Positions 9,529-22,200 of a stretch of DNA of 64,000 nucleotides are shown here, in pieces. This stretch comes from an uncultured Candidatus Rokubacteria bacterium (GTDB lineage: Bacteria > Methylomirabilota > Methylomirabilia > Rokubacteriales > CSP1-6). The notes under the pieces were generated by a model. The model made no database searches. It saw nothing but the letters and a program-made list of their open reading frames with translations, and was not told the DNA's origin. Each line of letters opens with the position of its first letter. Position 1 is the stretch's first letter. The DNA lies in assembly GCA_963754315.1 (NCBI GenBank), contig CAVWFS010000020.1, positions 64,001 to 128,000 of the forward strand, read 5' to 3'. The position numbers and the translations under genes were made by a program.

Positions 9529-10532
9529 TCGGGCGCCGGCACTTCCTCACGGGATCCGCCGCCGTCGTGACAACGATCGCCGCAGACCGCGGCGGTCTGG
9601 CTGTCGCGGCCGAGCCGCCGCCGGAGACGACACGCGTCAGGTTGGGTGCCGTGCCAAGCATTTGCCTCTCGCCGCAGTATGTCGCCGAGGACCTGCTGCG
9701 TGCCGAGGGGTTCACCGATATCCGGTATCCGCCGGTCAGCGGAGGCGTATCCGGGGCGAAGGAAATGGGCAGCGGCAGCGGGGACGCGGACATCGCCATG
9801 AACTTCGCCGCGCCCCTCGTCGTCGCACTGGACGGGGGCACGCCGATCGTCGTGCTGGCCGGCGTGCACATCGGGTGTTTCGAGCTGATCGCCACGGACC
9901 GCGTCCGGACGATCAAGGACTTGAAGGGAAAGACCGTCGCCGTGTTCGGTCTGGGGTCCGCCCAGCACGTGTTCCTGGCGAGCATGGCATCGCTGGTGGG
10001 TCTTGATCCGCGCAAGGACATCAGCTGGGTGACCCATCCGTCGGCCGAGGCCAAGAGACTCCTCGCCGAGGGCAAGATCGATGCGTTCCTCGGGTTTCCT
10101 CCGGATCCCCAGGACTTGCGCGCCCGGGGGATCGGCCACGTCGTGGTGAATAGTGCCTCCGACCGGCCGTGGTCCCAGTACTTCTGCTGCATGGTGGTGG
10201 CGAACCGGGAATTCGTCGCGCGGCATCCGGTCGCCACCAAGCGCGCCCTGCGCGCGATCCTGAAGGGGGATGAGGTGTGCGCCGTCGATCCGGCTCGCGC
10301 GGCGCGGGCGTACCACGACCGTGGCTTCGACGTGCCCGAGCCCCTCGTCCTACAGGCCTTGAAGGAAGTGCCCTTCGGCCGGTGGCGCGCGTACGACCCG
10401 GCGGATACGCTCCGCTTCTACGCCCTGCGTCTCCGCGAGGCGGGAATGATCAACGGCAGCCCGCAGAGGATCCTGGCGCAGGGCACCGACTGGCGGTTCC
10501 TCAATGAGCTGAAGAAGGAGCTGAAGGGCTGA
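9525..10532 (+). CDS. Solute-binding protein, array copy 5
   Basis: Start MIGRRHF at 9525 (ATGA overlap); same motifs; the longer 9165 ORF start is spurious. Confidence 0.85.
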   Translation: MIGRRHFLTGSAAVVTTIAADRGGLAVAAEPPPETTRVRLGAVPSICLSPQYVAEDLLRAEGFTDIRYPPVSGGVSGAKEMGSGSGDADIAMNFAAPLVVALDGGTPIVVLAGVHIGCFELIATDRVRTIKDLKGKTVAVFGLGSAQHVFLASMASLVGLDPRKDISWVTHPSAEAKRLLAEGKIDAFLGFPPDPQDLRARGIGHVVVNSASDRPWSQYFCCMVVANREFVARHPVATKRALRAILKGDEVCAVDPARAARAYHDRGFDVPEPLVLQALKEVPFGRWRAYDPADTLRFYALRLREAGMINGSPQRILAQGTDWRFLNELKKELKG

Positions 10533-10552
10533 CACGCTTCGGGCCGCGGGCC

Positions 10553-11135
10553 GTGGCGGGACTCGCCGTCGCCTTCATCCTCTCGGTGGCGATGCCAGAC
10601 TCTCGCGCACCAGCCGGGCCGTGACGCGCGGCTGCCCACGATCGGGGCGGCGCCCACGTTTTCGCTGACGACTGCCGACGGCGGGCGGCTCGCTCTGGCC
10701 GATATGCGCGGCAAGGTCGTTGCGATCACCTTCATCTATGCGACGTGCACCGACACCTGTCCCCTGCTCACGGCGAAGCTGGCCGGGCTCGGCCAGCGGA
10801 TGGGGAAGGATTTCGGCGCGAAGGTGGCGTTTGTCGCCATCACCGTCGATCCCGAGCGCGACACTGCAGACGTCTTGCGGAGCTACGCGCAGGCGCACGG
10901 CGCGAGGGGGGCGGGCTGGGCGTTCCTCACCGGGACACCGGCGGAGATCAAGGACGTAGCCCAGCGCTACGGCGTGTTTGCGCGGAAGACAGATCGCGGC
11001 GACGTCGACCACACGTTCCTCACCTCGCTCGTGGACCGTGCGGGCGCGCTGCGAGTCCAGTACATGGGCGTCCGGTTCAATCCTGACGAGATGCTGCGCG
11101 ATCTCCGCTCGCTCCTCCGCGAAGGCGGCGGGTGA
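10553..11135 (+). CDS. SCO1/SenC family copper chaperone, apparent frameshift near 10597
   Basis: CTDTC (CxxxC), ITVDPERD and VDHT motifs; hydrophobic leader VAGLAVAFILSVAMP is one base out of frame with the mature domain; start uncertain. Confidence 0.8.
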
Positions 11136-12649
11136 TGCGCGCGCTCCTGCGCGCCCTCCCGCGCCTCGTGGCGAGGATCCCGGCCGCGGTGCACACCAAG
11201 CTCCTGGTCGCGTTCCTCACCATCGTCGGCCTGCTGATCGCGCTCGGCGCGGTCGGTCTCGAGGTTCTCGGCGAGGTGAATCGCCGGGCGGAAGACCTCG
11301 TGAAGCTGCAGCGCAAGATCGCCGCCTACCGCCAGCTGCAACACGACACGACCGGCCAGCTCTACAGTGTCGCCGCGGCGCTGCTCGTCCCCGAGGATCG
11401 GAGCCTCGACGCCATCCTCCGCCAGCTCAACCAGTTCGGCTACGACCTGGACCGCCTGCAGTTCGTCGCCCGGGACGAGGTCGAGCTGCTCGGCCGCCTG
11501 CGGGCCGACTACGACGAGTTCATCCGGGTCGTCACGCGGGTCGTGGAGCTGATCCGGACGGGCCGGGCCGACGAAGGGCGGGAGCTGCAGCTGGCGCAGG
11601 CGAACCCACTGGCTGACCGGCTGGAGCGGCTCACGAACCAGCTCGTCAACCAGGCGGAAGCCGACATGGTGGCCAGCGTGGACACGAGCCACGACGCGTT
11701 CGTGCGCGCGCGGTGGATCGTCATCGGGTTCGCGGTAGGGGCGATCGGCCTGGCCCTCGTGCTCGGGTTCGCAATCTCGTGGTCGCTGGTCGGAGCCGTC
11801 AAGGCAATGGACGTGGGCCTCGCACAGATTGCCTCCGGGGACTTCTCCCGACGCGTCGACATTCCGAATCGCGACGAGCTCGGCGCGCTCGCGGCCAACC
11901 TGAACCGGATGAACGACGAGCTGGGGCGGCTGTACCGCGAGCTGGAGGCGGCCAGCCGCCACAAGTCGGAGTTCCTCGCCAACATGTCGCACGAGCTGCG
12001 GACGCCGCTCAACGCGATCATCGGCTTCTCGGAGGCTCTGGACGACCGCATGTTCGGGGAGCTGAACGAGAAGCAGGCCGAGTACATCCGCGTCGTCCTG
12101 AGCTCCGGACGCCACCTGCTCTCACTGATCAACGATATCCTGGACCTCTCCAAGGTCGAGGCGGGACGGATGGAGCTGGAGCTCGGGACGTTCAATCTCC
12201 GCATGGCCCTCGAGAACGCGCTCACCTTGATGCGTGAACGCGCCATGCGCCACGGGCTCGCGTTCGAGCTGACGGTCGACGAGACGCTCGAGGACGTCGT
12301 CGCCGACGAGCGAAAGCTCAAGCAGGTGCTCCTGAATCTGCTGTCCAACGCCGTGAAGTTCACGCCCGAGGGCGGCCGGATCGACGTGCGTGCGCTGCCC
12401 GCGAACGGCACCGTCGAGGTGTCCGTCACCGACACCGGGGTCGGGATCGCCCTCGAGGACCAGGCGGCGATCTTCGAGGAGTTCCGCCAGGTGGGCCACG
12501 CCGCGCGCAAGCGCGAGGGCACCGGTCTCGGCCTCGCGCTGGCGCGAAAGTTCGTCGAGCTGCATGGCGGCCGCCTGTGGGTGAAGAGCGAGCTGGGTCG
12601 CGGATCGACGTTCACGTTCACGCTTCCCGCGAGCCCCCATGCCGGGTGA
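11132..12649 (+). CDS. Membrane sensor histidine kinase (TM, helical extracytoplasmic domain, TM, HAMP, HisKA, HATPase)
   Basis: MSHELRTPLN H-box, NLLSNAVKFT, DTGVGI, GTGLGL; two hydrophobic segments. Confidence 0.93.
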   Translation: MMRALLRALPRLVARIPAAVHTKLLVAFLTIVGLLIALGAVGLEVLGEVNRRAEDLVKLQRKIAAYRQLQHDTTGQLYSVAAALLVPEDRSLDAILRQLNQFGYDLDRLQFVARDEVELLGRLRADYDEFIRVVTRVVELIRTGRADEGRELQLAQANPLADRLERLTNQLVNQAEADMVASVDTSHDAFVRARWIVIGFAVGAIGLALVLGFAISWSLVGAVKAMDVGLAQIASGDFSRRVDIPNRDELGALAANLNRMNDELGRLYRELEAASRHKSEFLANMSHELRTPLNAIIGFSEALDDRMFGELNEKQAEYIRVVLSSGRHLLSLINDILDLSKVEAGRMELELGTFNLRMALENALTLMRERAMRHGLAFELTVDETLEDVVADERKLKQVLLNLLSNAVKFTPEGGRIDVRALPANGTVEVSVTDTGVGIALEDQAAIFEEFRQVGHAARKREGTGLGLALARKFVELHGGRLWVKSELGRGSTFTFTLPASPHAG

Positions 12650-13010
12650 GCTGATCCTTCTCGTCGAGGACAACGACCCCAGCCGGATGCTCGTCCGCGA
12701 CGTGCTCCGGGCGAGCGGCTACAGCGTCGTCGAAGCGGAGAACGCGGAGGACGGTCTGCTCATGGCCGCGGAGCAGCGGCCGGCCCTGATCCTCATGGAC
12801 ATCCAGCTCCCGGGTATGAACGGGATCGAGGCCCTGCAGCGGCTGCGCGCCGATCCCGCCACTCGCGCGATCCCGGTCATCGCCGTGACGGCCTCCGCGA
12901 TGACGCTGGACCGCCGCCAGATCATGGCCGCCGGCTTCGACGGCTACCAGGCGAAGCCGATCAGCTTGAAGGGTTTCCTCCAGGCCGTGCGGGAGATGCT
13001 GCCGTCGTGA
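12639..13010 (+). CDS. Single-domain response regulator (CheY/DivK-like)
   Basis: LLVEDN, LMDIQLPG, VTA and KP motifs; 123 aa. Confidence 0.92.
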   Translation: MPGELILLVEDNDPSRMLVRDVLRASGYSVVEAENAEDGLLMAAEQRPALILMDIQLPGMNGIEALQRLRADPATRAIPVIAVTASAMTLDRRQIMAAGFDGYQAKPISLKGFLQAVREMLPS

Positions 13011-13076
13011 GCGGTCCGCGGCTTTGGTTAACGAGGCCAGACCGGAAAGGGTCGCCTGGCTAGCGCCTGTCCGGGT

Positions 13077-13928
13077 CTACCTGCGCAACCCAGCGAACAG
13101 GTCGCTCTCCAGACCCGAGGCGCCCGACTGTCCTCGCGCGAGCTGAAAGCTCTCCCGGCCAAAGATTCGGTAGAAGAGCGCCGGTGGCATCTTCGCGAAG
13201 AAGACCTCCGGTCCCATCTGGCTGGCGTGCGCCATGAGCGCCTGGCGCTTGCGCTCGACCTGCGGGGAGACGTCGACCTCCGTGGTGATCAGCTCGTCGG
13301 GCGTGCCGATATCCGGTTCGCGCGCCTCGCCGCCCTCGAACGGCGCCTCGATTCCCGCCTCGCGCAGGAGTCGGGCGAAATTCTTGATCTTGGAGCGGGC
13401 CACCGCGGTGTAGTACAGCTTTGCCGGCCGCCAGGGCTCACCCGCCTCGGGCCAGCGCGCCGGATCGCTGGCCGCCTCGTACGCGGACACGGTAATCTGG
13501 TGCGCCTTGATGTGGTCCGGGTGACCGTAGAAGCCGTTTTCGTCGTAGGTCACCAGCACCTGGGGCCGCTCCCGCCGGACGAGGGCCACCAATCTGGCCG
13601 TCGCCTCGTCCAATGAAGCCTGGCAGAAGCTCGCCGGGTGCTCGTTGTCGGGTGTTCCCATCATCCCTGAATCGCGATAGCCCAGCAGGTGGAGCCTCCC
13701 GACGCGCAGGATGTCGCAGGCCTGCCGTAGCTCCCTCCGCCGAACTTCGACCAGCGTTTCGGGCGTCGCCAGTCCCGGATCCGCTATCTCGCCGACCTCG
13801 CCGCCGGTGCAGGTGACCAGCACCGTCCGGAGGCCCTCCTCCGCGTAGCGGGCCAACACGCCGCCAGTGCTGATTGACTCATCGTCCGGGTGCGCATGGA
13901 CTGCCATCAACGTCAGGGCTTCCGTCAT
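13077..13928 (-). CDS. PIG-L family deacetylase/amidase (MshB/Mca-like)
   Basis: HAHPDDE, YRDSGM, YGHPDH, AHASQ motifs. Confidence 0.85.
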   Translation of the reverse strand: MTEALTLMAVHAHPDDESISTGGVLARYAEEGLRTVLVTCTGGEVGEIADPGLATPETLVEVRRRELRQACDILRVGRLHLLGYRDSGMMGTPDNEHPASFCQASLDEATARLVALVRRERPQVLVTYDENGFYGHPDHIKAHQITVSAYEAASDPARWPEAGEPWRPAKLYYTAVARSKIKNFARLLREAGIEAPFEGGEAREPDIGTPDELITTEVDVSPQVERKRQALMAHASQMGPEVFFAKMPPALFYRIFGRESFQLARGQSGASGLESDLFAGLRR

Positions 13929-14170
13929 TTCGCCTCCAGGCTGCCGATCGCCGCCGCCCCCACGATCCTAGCCCGATACCGTTTGTGCCGCCTACGAGTG
14001 AGTGGTTTGGTGTAAATCGGACCCGCGAAGCACAGGCCAGCGCGACTACCCCGGCGATTGTTTCGCGGCTGTCCGCCGTGCGGCCAAGCAGCGACACTTC
14101 GCCGCGAGGTCGATTGTGCCGCCGACGTTGATTCGTCACGCGGTCTCCGCTAGGCTCGCTCCGACAGCCG

Positions 14171-16489
14171 ATGGAACGCGCATTCGGTCAGCCCATGCGA
14201 CGCAAGGAGGATGCACGCCTTCTCACCGGACGCGGGGCCTATGCAGCGGACTTTCGCCTGCCCGGGATGCTCCAGGCCGCCGTCCTGCGATCGCCTCACG
14301 CCCACGCGCGCCTGGGGGAGATTGGGGCCAAGGCGGCGCTGGCGCTTCCCGGAGTGGTAGCCGTGGTGACCAGCGACGATCTCGGCCCCGTCGGCCGCAT
14401 CCCCACGCGCCTGGGACACCGCACCGGCGCCGTCGAGTGCCTGCAGTTTCCCCTGGCGCGAGAGCGGGTGCGCTACGTGGGCGAGCCAGTGGCCATGGTG
14501 ATCGCCGAGAGCCGGTACCTGGCAGAGGACGCGCTCGACCTGATGGAGGTCGGCTACGAGCCGCTGGAGACCATCACCAACGCGCGGCACTCGCTCGAGC
14601 CGGACGCACCCGTGCTGCATCCGGTGGTCGGCGTCAACCTCGTGGACCTCCTGGAGACCCGCAAGGGCGACGCGCCGGCCGCCCTGGCGCGCGCCCGATA
14701 CCGCGTGCGGGAGCACTTCGCCGTGCAGCGCCACACGGGCGTGCCCATCGAGACCCGGGGACTGACTGCGGCCTACGATCCCGGCACCCGCATGCTGCGG
14801 CTGTGGGGCGTGGCCAAGGTGCCGCACTTCAACCGCCGCGTGCTCGCCGACCTCCTCGGCCATCCCGAGCACCTCATCCAGTTCGTTGAGCTGGAGGTAG
14901 GAGGCGGCTTCGGTGTGCGGGGCGAGTTCTATCCGGAAGACCTCATGGTGCCCTGGGCGGCCATGCGGCTCGGCCGGCCCGTACAGTGGATCGAGGATCG
15001 GCGCGAGCACCTCATGGCCACCAACCACTCGCGGCAGCAGGACCACGATATCGAGATCGGATTCGACGCCGACTATCGGATCGTGGCCCTCGTCGACCGA
15101 TTCACCGTGGACCTGGGCGCCTACATCCGTACGCACGGCGTCGTGGTCCCCGAGCTGACGGCGGCCCTGATGCCCGGGCCGTACCGCATCCCGAACTATC
15201 TGTCCGAGGCGCGCTGTGTCCTCACCAACAAGACACCGACGGGAACCTATCGGGGTCCTGGCCGATTCGAGTGCACGTTTGTCCGCGAGCGCCTGCTCGA
15301 CATCGCCGCGGATCGACTGGGGATCGATCCCCTCGAGCTGCGGCGCCGCAACTTCATCGAGCCCTCGGAGATGCCGTACGACGTCGGGGGCGCCTCGCTC
15401 GCTCAACGGACGGTCTATGACTGCGGCGACTACCGATCCGCCCTCGACCAGGCGGTCGACGCGGTCGACTACGTGGCGGTGCGGCGCGAGCAGGCCGCCG
15501 CGCGGGACCAGGGGCGCTACCTGGGGATCGGGGTCGGCTGCGTGCTGGAGAAGGCCGGGCTCGGGCCGTGGGAGTACGCGCGGGTGGAGGTCGACGCGAC
15601 CGGCCACGTCGTCGTCTACTCCGGGGTCGCGGCGGTCGGGCAAGGGATCGAGACTACGCTGGCCCAGGTCGTGGCCGATGAGCTGGCCGTCCCCGCGGAA
15701 GCGATCACCGTCGTTCATGGCGACAGCTCGCGGGTGCCGTTTGGGGTCGGCGGCTTCGCCAGCCGGGGGGCGTCGGTGGCCCTGCCGGCTGCGCTGGAGG
15801 CCGCGCGTAAAGTGCACGCCAAGATCGTCCGCGTTGCCGCCGGGCTCCTCGAGGCCGACCCCGGGGATCTCGTGGTGGAGGGCGGCGTCGTCCACGTGCG
15901 CGGCGTTCCAGATCGCCAGCTGACCTTTCGCCAGCTTGCGCGCGCCGCCATTCCCGGACCGCCGGGGATGGAGCCCGGGCTCTATGCCGAGCACTTCTTC
16001 GAAGCTCCGAAGATGACCTATCCGTACGGGACGCACATCGCAGTCGTCGAGGTCGACATCGAGACGGGAGCGGTGGCGCTCCGCAAGTACGTCATCACCT
16101 ACGACGTCGGGCGCGCGGTCAACCCGATGATCGTCGACGGCCAGCTCGTGGGGGCGCTGGGCCAGGGGCTGGGGGGCGCGCTCTTCGAGGAACTGGTGTA
16201 CGACGAGCAAGGCCAGCTTCTGACCACGACGCTCATGGACTATCTGTTGCCGACGGCTATGGAGATGCCGGCGGTCACGGTCGCGCGCATCCTCGAGGAG
16301 ACGCCGACCCCACTGAACCCGCTCGGCGTCAAGGGCGTCGGCGAGGGCGGCAGCTCGGGGTGCGGAGCGGCCATCGCCAACGCGGTAGCCGACGCTCTGG
16401 TCCCCCTGGGAATCGGCATCACCGCGCTACCGCTCAGCCCCGACCGCCTCCGCGCGCTGGTCCGCAAGGCCCAAGCGGCCCGGACCTGA
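14171..16489 (+). CDS. Xanthine dehydrogenase family molybdopterin-binding large subunit
   Basis: RKEDARLLTGRG, VGGGFG, YRGPG, GQGIET, KGVGEGG. Confidence 0.9.
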   Translation: MERAFGQPMRRKEDARLLTGRGAYAADFRLPGMLQAAVLRSPHAHARLGEIGAKAALALPGVVAVVTSDDLGPVGRIPTRLGHRTGAVECLQFPLARERVRYVGEPVAMVIAESRYLAEDALDLMEVGYEPLETITNARHSLEPDAPVLHPVVGVNLVDLLETRKGDAPAALARARYRVREHFAVQRHTGVPIETRGLTAAYDPGTRMLRLWGVAKVPHFNRRVLADLLGHPEHLIQFVELEVGGGFGVRGEFYPEDLMVPWAAMRLGRPVQWIEDRREHLMATNHSRQQDHDIEIGFDADYRIVALVDRFTVDLGAYIRTHGVVVPELTAALMPGPYRIPNYLSEARCVLTNKTPTGTYRGPGRFECTFVRERLLDIAADRLGIDPLELRRRNFIEPSEMPYDVGGASLAQRTVYDCGDYRSALDQAVDAVDYVAVRREQAAARDQGRYLGIGVGCVLEKAGLGPWEYARVEVDATGHVVVYSGVAAVGQGIETTLAQVVADELAVPAEAITVVHGDSSRVPFGVGGFASRGASVALPAALEAARKVHAKIVRVAAGLLEADPGDLVVEGGVVHVRGVPDRQLTFRQLARAAIPGPPGMEPGLYAEHFFEAPKMTYPYGTHIAVVEVDIETGAVALRKYVITYDVGRAVNPMIVDGQLVGALGQGLGGALFEELVYDEQGQLLTTTLMDYLLPTAMEMPAVTVARILEETPTPLNPLGVKGVGEGGSSGCGAAIANAVADALVPLGIGITALPLSPDRLRALVRKAQAART

Positions 16490-16526
16490 CGTTCGGACGC
16501 AGCTGAAGCCCAGCTGCGTCCGAACG
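16490..16526. terminator. Perfect 16-bp hairpin between convergent genes
   Basis: CGTTCGGACGCAGCTG-aagcc-CAGCTGCGTCCGAACG directly after the XDH stop and 14 bp from the katG stop. Confidence 0.7.
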
Positions 16527-16540
16527 CCCTTCCGCCGATA

Positions 16541-18799
<2,259 letters not shown>

Positions 18800-18899
18800 C
18801 TATAGCAGAGCCCGCCGCGGTCGGGTGAGGCGCAGGCCGCGGGCCCGCAGGGCATCGCTCGGCGGGCCGGCGACGGCGCGTGAGGGGACCCGAAGCTTT

Positions 18900-18916
18900 T
18901 TAGGAATCATTCTCAA
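18900..18916. promoter_or_regulatory. Candidate Fur/PerR-family box upstream of katG
   Basis: AT-rich imperfect palindrome TTAGGAAT-C-ATTCTCAA in a GC-rich intergenic region. Confidence 0.5.
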
Positions 18917-19243
18917 GATTCTCTCCGCCGATCCTACCCCCCCGGAAGACGGCGGTCAAGCGCTCGCTCCGCATCGAGGGAACCTGGCAGAGCCGCTTGA
19001 CTGGGGGCAGGACCGCTCAAGGCTCCTGCCGCGCCTCGCGATTCCTCGCATCCCGCTGCTCTCCCGGCGTGGTGTACCCGTCCTGGGATCCCAGCGCCGC
19101 GTTGGGCTAACGCGTCGACGACCCCCCTCATCGCTTCGCGGAGGCTTCCCGTGAAGCACCTTGATCAGTCAGCGACGCGCTGGCGGTGCTTGGTCCAGTC
19201 CCGGATGGGCTACTGGCGAAGGACAGGCCGCGTCAGGCATCGC

Positions 19244-22200
19244 TCACCACGGATCGATGTACGGGTACTTCTTTCCGATCCGCGCTGGCACCGGCGGCAG
19301 GCGTTTCAGGCCGCTGGCGATCCAGGCGCGCGTGTCCGCAGGGTCGATCACGTCGTCGATCCCGCCTCCGGCCGCGGCATTCACCGCCTTGGCTCGGTCG
19401 TAGGCCATCGCGGTCCGGCGCTGGAACTCGGCGAGCCTCGCTTCGGGATCCTCGATCGCGATGAGCTCCTTGCGGTAGCCGAGCTTGACCGCGCCCTCGA
19501 TGTTCATGCCGGCGAACTCGGCGGTGGGCCAGGCCACGGCGAAGAAACCGACCAGGGTGCCCGCGCCGCACATGGCCTGGGCCCCCAGACCGTAAGCTTT
19601 ACGAACGATGACCGTGAACAACGGCGCGGTCATGTTAGCCCCCACGTTGAACAGGCGTGTGCAATGGCGGACCAGCGCCGTCCGTTCCACCTCCGGACCG
19701 ACCATGATGCCGGGGCAATCGACCAGGCTCAGCACGGGAATGTCGAAGGCGTCGCAGAGCTGCATGAACCGTGCGCCCTTGTCGGCCCCGTCCGAGTCGA
19801 TCGCGCCCGCCAGGTGATGGGGATTGTTGGCGATGACCCCCATTGGCCTTCCCTCGACCCGGATGAAGGTGGTGATGATCCCGATGCCGAACTTCTCGCG
19901 AATCTCCAGGACGGAGCCCGTGTCGGCGATGGTGTCGATGATCGCCCGCATGTCGTACAGTCGCAGCCGGTTCTCCGGCACGGCATGACGCAAGCGGCGC
20001 TGGTCGGGCGCGTCCCCGGCGGACACCGTCCCCTGGAAGTAGGAGAGGTATTTCTTCGCGACATCGACGGCCTCGTCCTCGTCCGCTACCAGAATATCGA
20101 CGACGCCGTTCGGGACCTGGACGGACATCGGCCCGACTTCCTCGGGCGTGTAGATGCCGAGTCCTCCGCCCTCGATCATCGCCGGCCCGCCCATGCCGAG
20201 CGTCGAGCCCTCGGTCGCGATGATCACGTCGCTGCACGCGACCAGCGCGGTGTTGCCGGCGAAGGTGCGGCCGTTCACGATCGCGACCAGCGGCACCAGC
20301 CCGCTCAGCTGCGAGAAGGTCGTGAAGGTGTGCGTATCGACCGCGACGCGGGGGCCGATGTCGTCCTCCCCCGGCCGGCCGCCGCCGCCCTCGCCGAACA
20401 GGACCAGCGGCAGCTTGAAGCGCTGCGCCAGCTCGAAGATCCGGTCCTGCTTGTAGTGATTGCGGTGCCCCTGCGTGCCCGCCAGCACGGTGTAGTCGTA
20501 GTGGACAACGACGGCGCGGGACCGCGTTTCGCCGAACAGCGTGCCATTGATGGAACACATGCCCGCGACGACGCCGTCGCCCGGCGTGTTCTTGCGTAAC
20601 GCCTCGATGGTGTTCCGCTGGTGCTGCCGCGCGACGACGAGTGGCCAGTATTCCTTGAAGGACCCGGGATCGACGAGACGGTCGATGTTCTCGCGCGGCA
20701 TGCGGTAGCCCAGCTTCCGGCGCCGGGCAACCGCGTCCGGCCGGTTCTCGTCCAGGCCGAAGGCGTGGCGATCGTAGCTCTCGCGCAGGTCGTCGCGGAT
20801 ATGATCCGGGTCCGGCCCCGCCACGGCGGCGACGGCGCCGCCCACGACCTCGGCTTCCTGGATGAAGACGATGGGATAGCCCTCGCGAACCACGTCGCCC
20901 GGCGCCATCGTGACGCTGCGCACGATGCCGCCATGGGGGGCGGTGATCACGTGCTCCATCTTCATCGCCTCGACGACGGCGAGCTGCTGGCCCTGGCGCA
21001 CCTCGTCACCGATGGCGACGTCGATGGCGACGATGGTGCCCTGGATCGGGGAGGCGACCCCGGCCGAACCGTCGGGTCCGGTCAGTGTCGGAGCCTCGTC
21101 CTCCACGTCCGCCGTCGCCTGCTCCGCTTTCACCTGGCTGTCGTAGGCGAACAGCGCGAGGGGATCGCGACTCTTGACCCGAGCACCGGCGAACCCCCCA
21201 TCGTTCGCCGCGGGCCGCGCCGTCTCCACGAAGCGGCGCCGCTGATCCAGACCTTCGACGACCAGCGCGGCCATGTTCTCGTCGACCCAGCGGGTATGGA
21301 CGCGTCCGGCGGCGAAGTCAGCATGCGCCAGGATGCTGCGGAGGAACGCGATGTTGGTGGCGACGCCTTCCAGCCGGAACTCGCTGAGGGCCCGCGCGGA
21401 ACGCGCCACGGCCCCCGCGAAGTCCGGCGCGTGGACGATGACCTTGGCCAGCAATGAGTCGAACGCGACGCCGGTGCGGTAGCCCGCATATCCGAACCCA
21501 TCCGTCCGCACGCCCAGTCCGTTCGGGGCCTCGTAGACCGTCACGGTGCCGCCGCCCGGGCGTACCGAGCCGTCCGGCCCGATGGTTTCCATGTTCACCC
21601 GCGCCTGGATCGCATAGCCACGTGGTCGGGCGATCCCCGGTACGTCCAGTCCCAGGTCTTTCAATGTCGCACCCTGAGCCAGCCGGATCTGGGCTTGCAC
21701 GAGATCGACGCCGGTCACCGCCTCGGTGACCGTATGCTCGACCTGCAGTCTCGCGTTCGCCTCGATGAAGACAAAGGGCTGTGCGCCCGGGCGACCGGAG
21801 ACATCCACCAGGAACTCGAACGTGCCGAGATTGGTGTATCCGACATGTTTTGCGAACCGCACGGCGGCGTCGATGATGTGACGGCGAAGCCCATCGTCCA
21901 GCGCTGGTGCGGGAGCGATCTCCACGGTCTTCTGGAAGCGGCGCTGGATGCTGCATTCGCGCTCCCCCAAATGCGCGATGCCGCCTTCACGATCGCCGAG
22001 GATCTGCACCTCGACGTGCCGGGCGCGGGGGATGAATTCTTCCACGTAGACCTCGGCACGGCCGAACGCGGCGCCGGCCTCGGACCGGCAGCGGTGGAAG
22101 GCAGCGTCCAGCTCATCGGCTGACAGCACCGCCCGTGTGCCGCGACCGCCGCCACCGGCCAGTGCCTTGATGATCATCCCGCTGCCCGAGGGGAGGGAGG

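Noticed and set aside
5465..10532. CRISPR or integron-like array
   Set aside because: The repeats are coding gene junctions about 1 kb apart; no cas genes, integrase or attC structure
13077..13928. Evidence for mycothiol biosynthesis
   Set aside because: PIG-L motifs alone do not define the substrate; no mshA, mshC or mshD in the window
14171..16489. Aerobic CO dehydrogenase CoxL
   Set aside because: Active-site loop is TYRGPG, not AYxCSFR; no coxM/coxS or maturation genes adjacent
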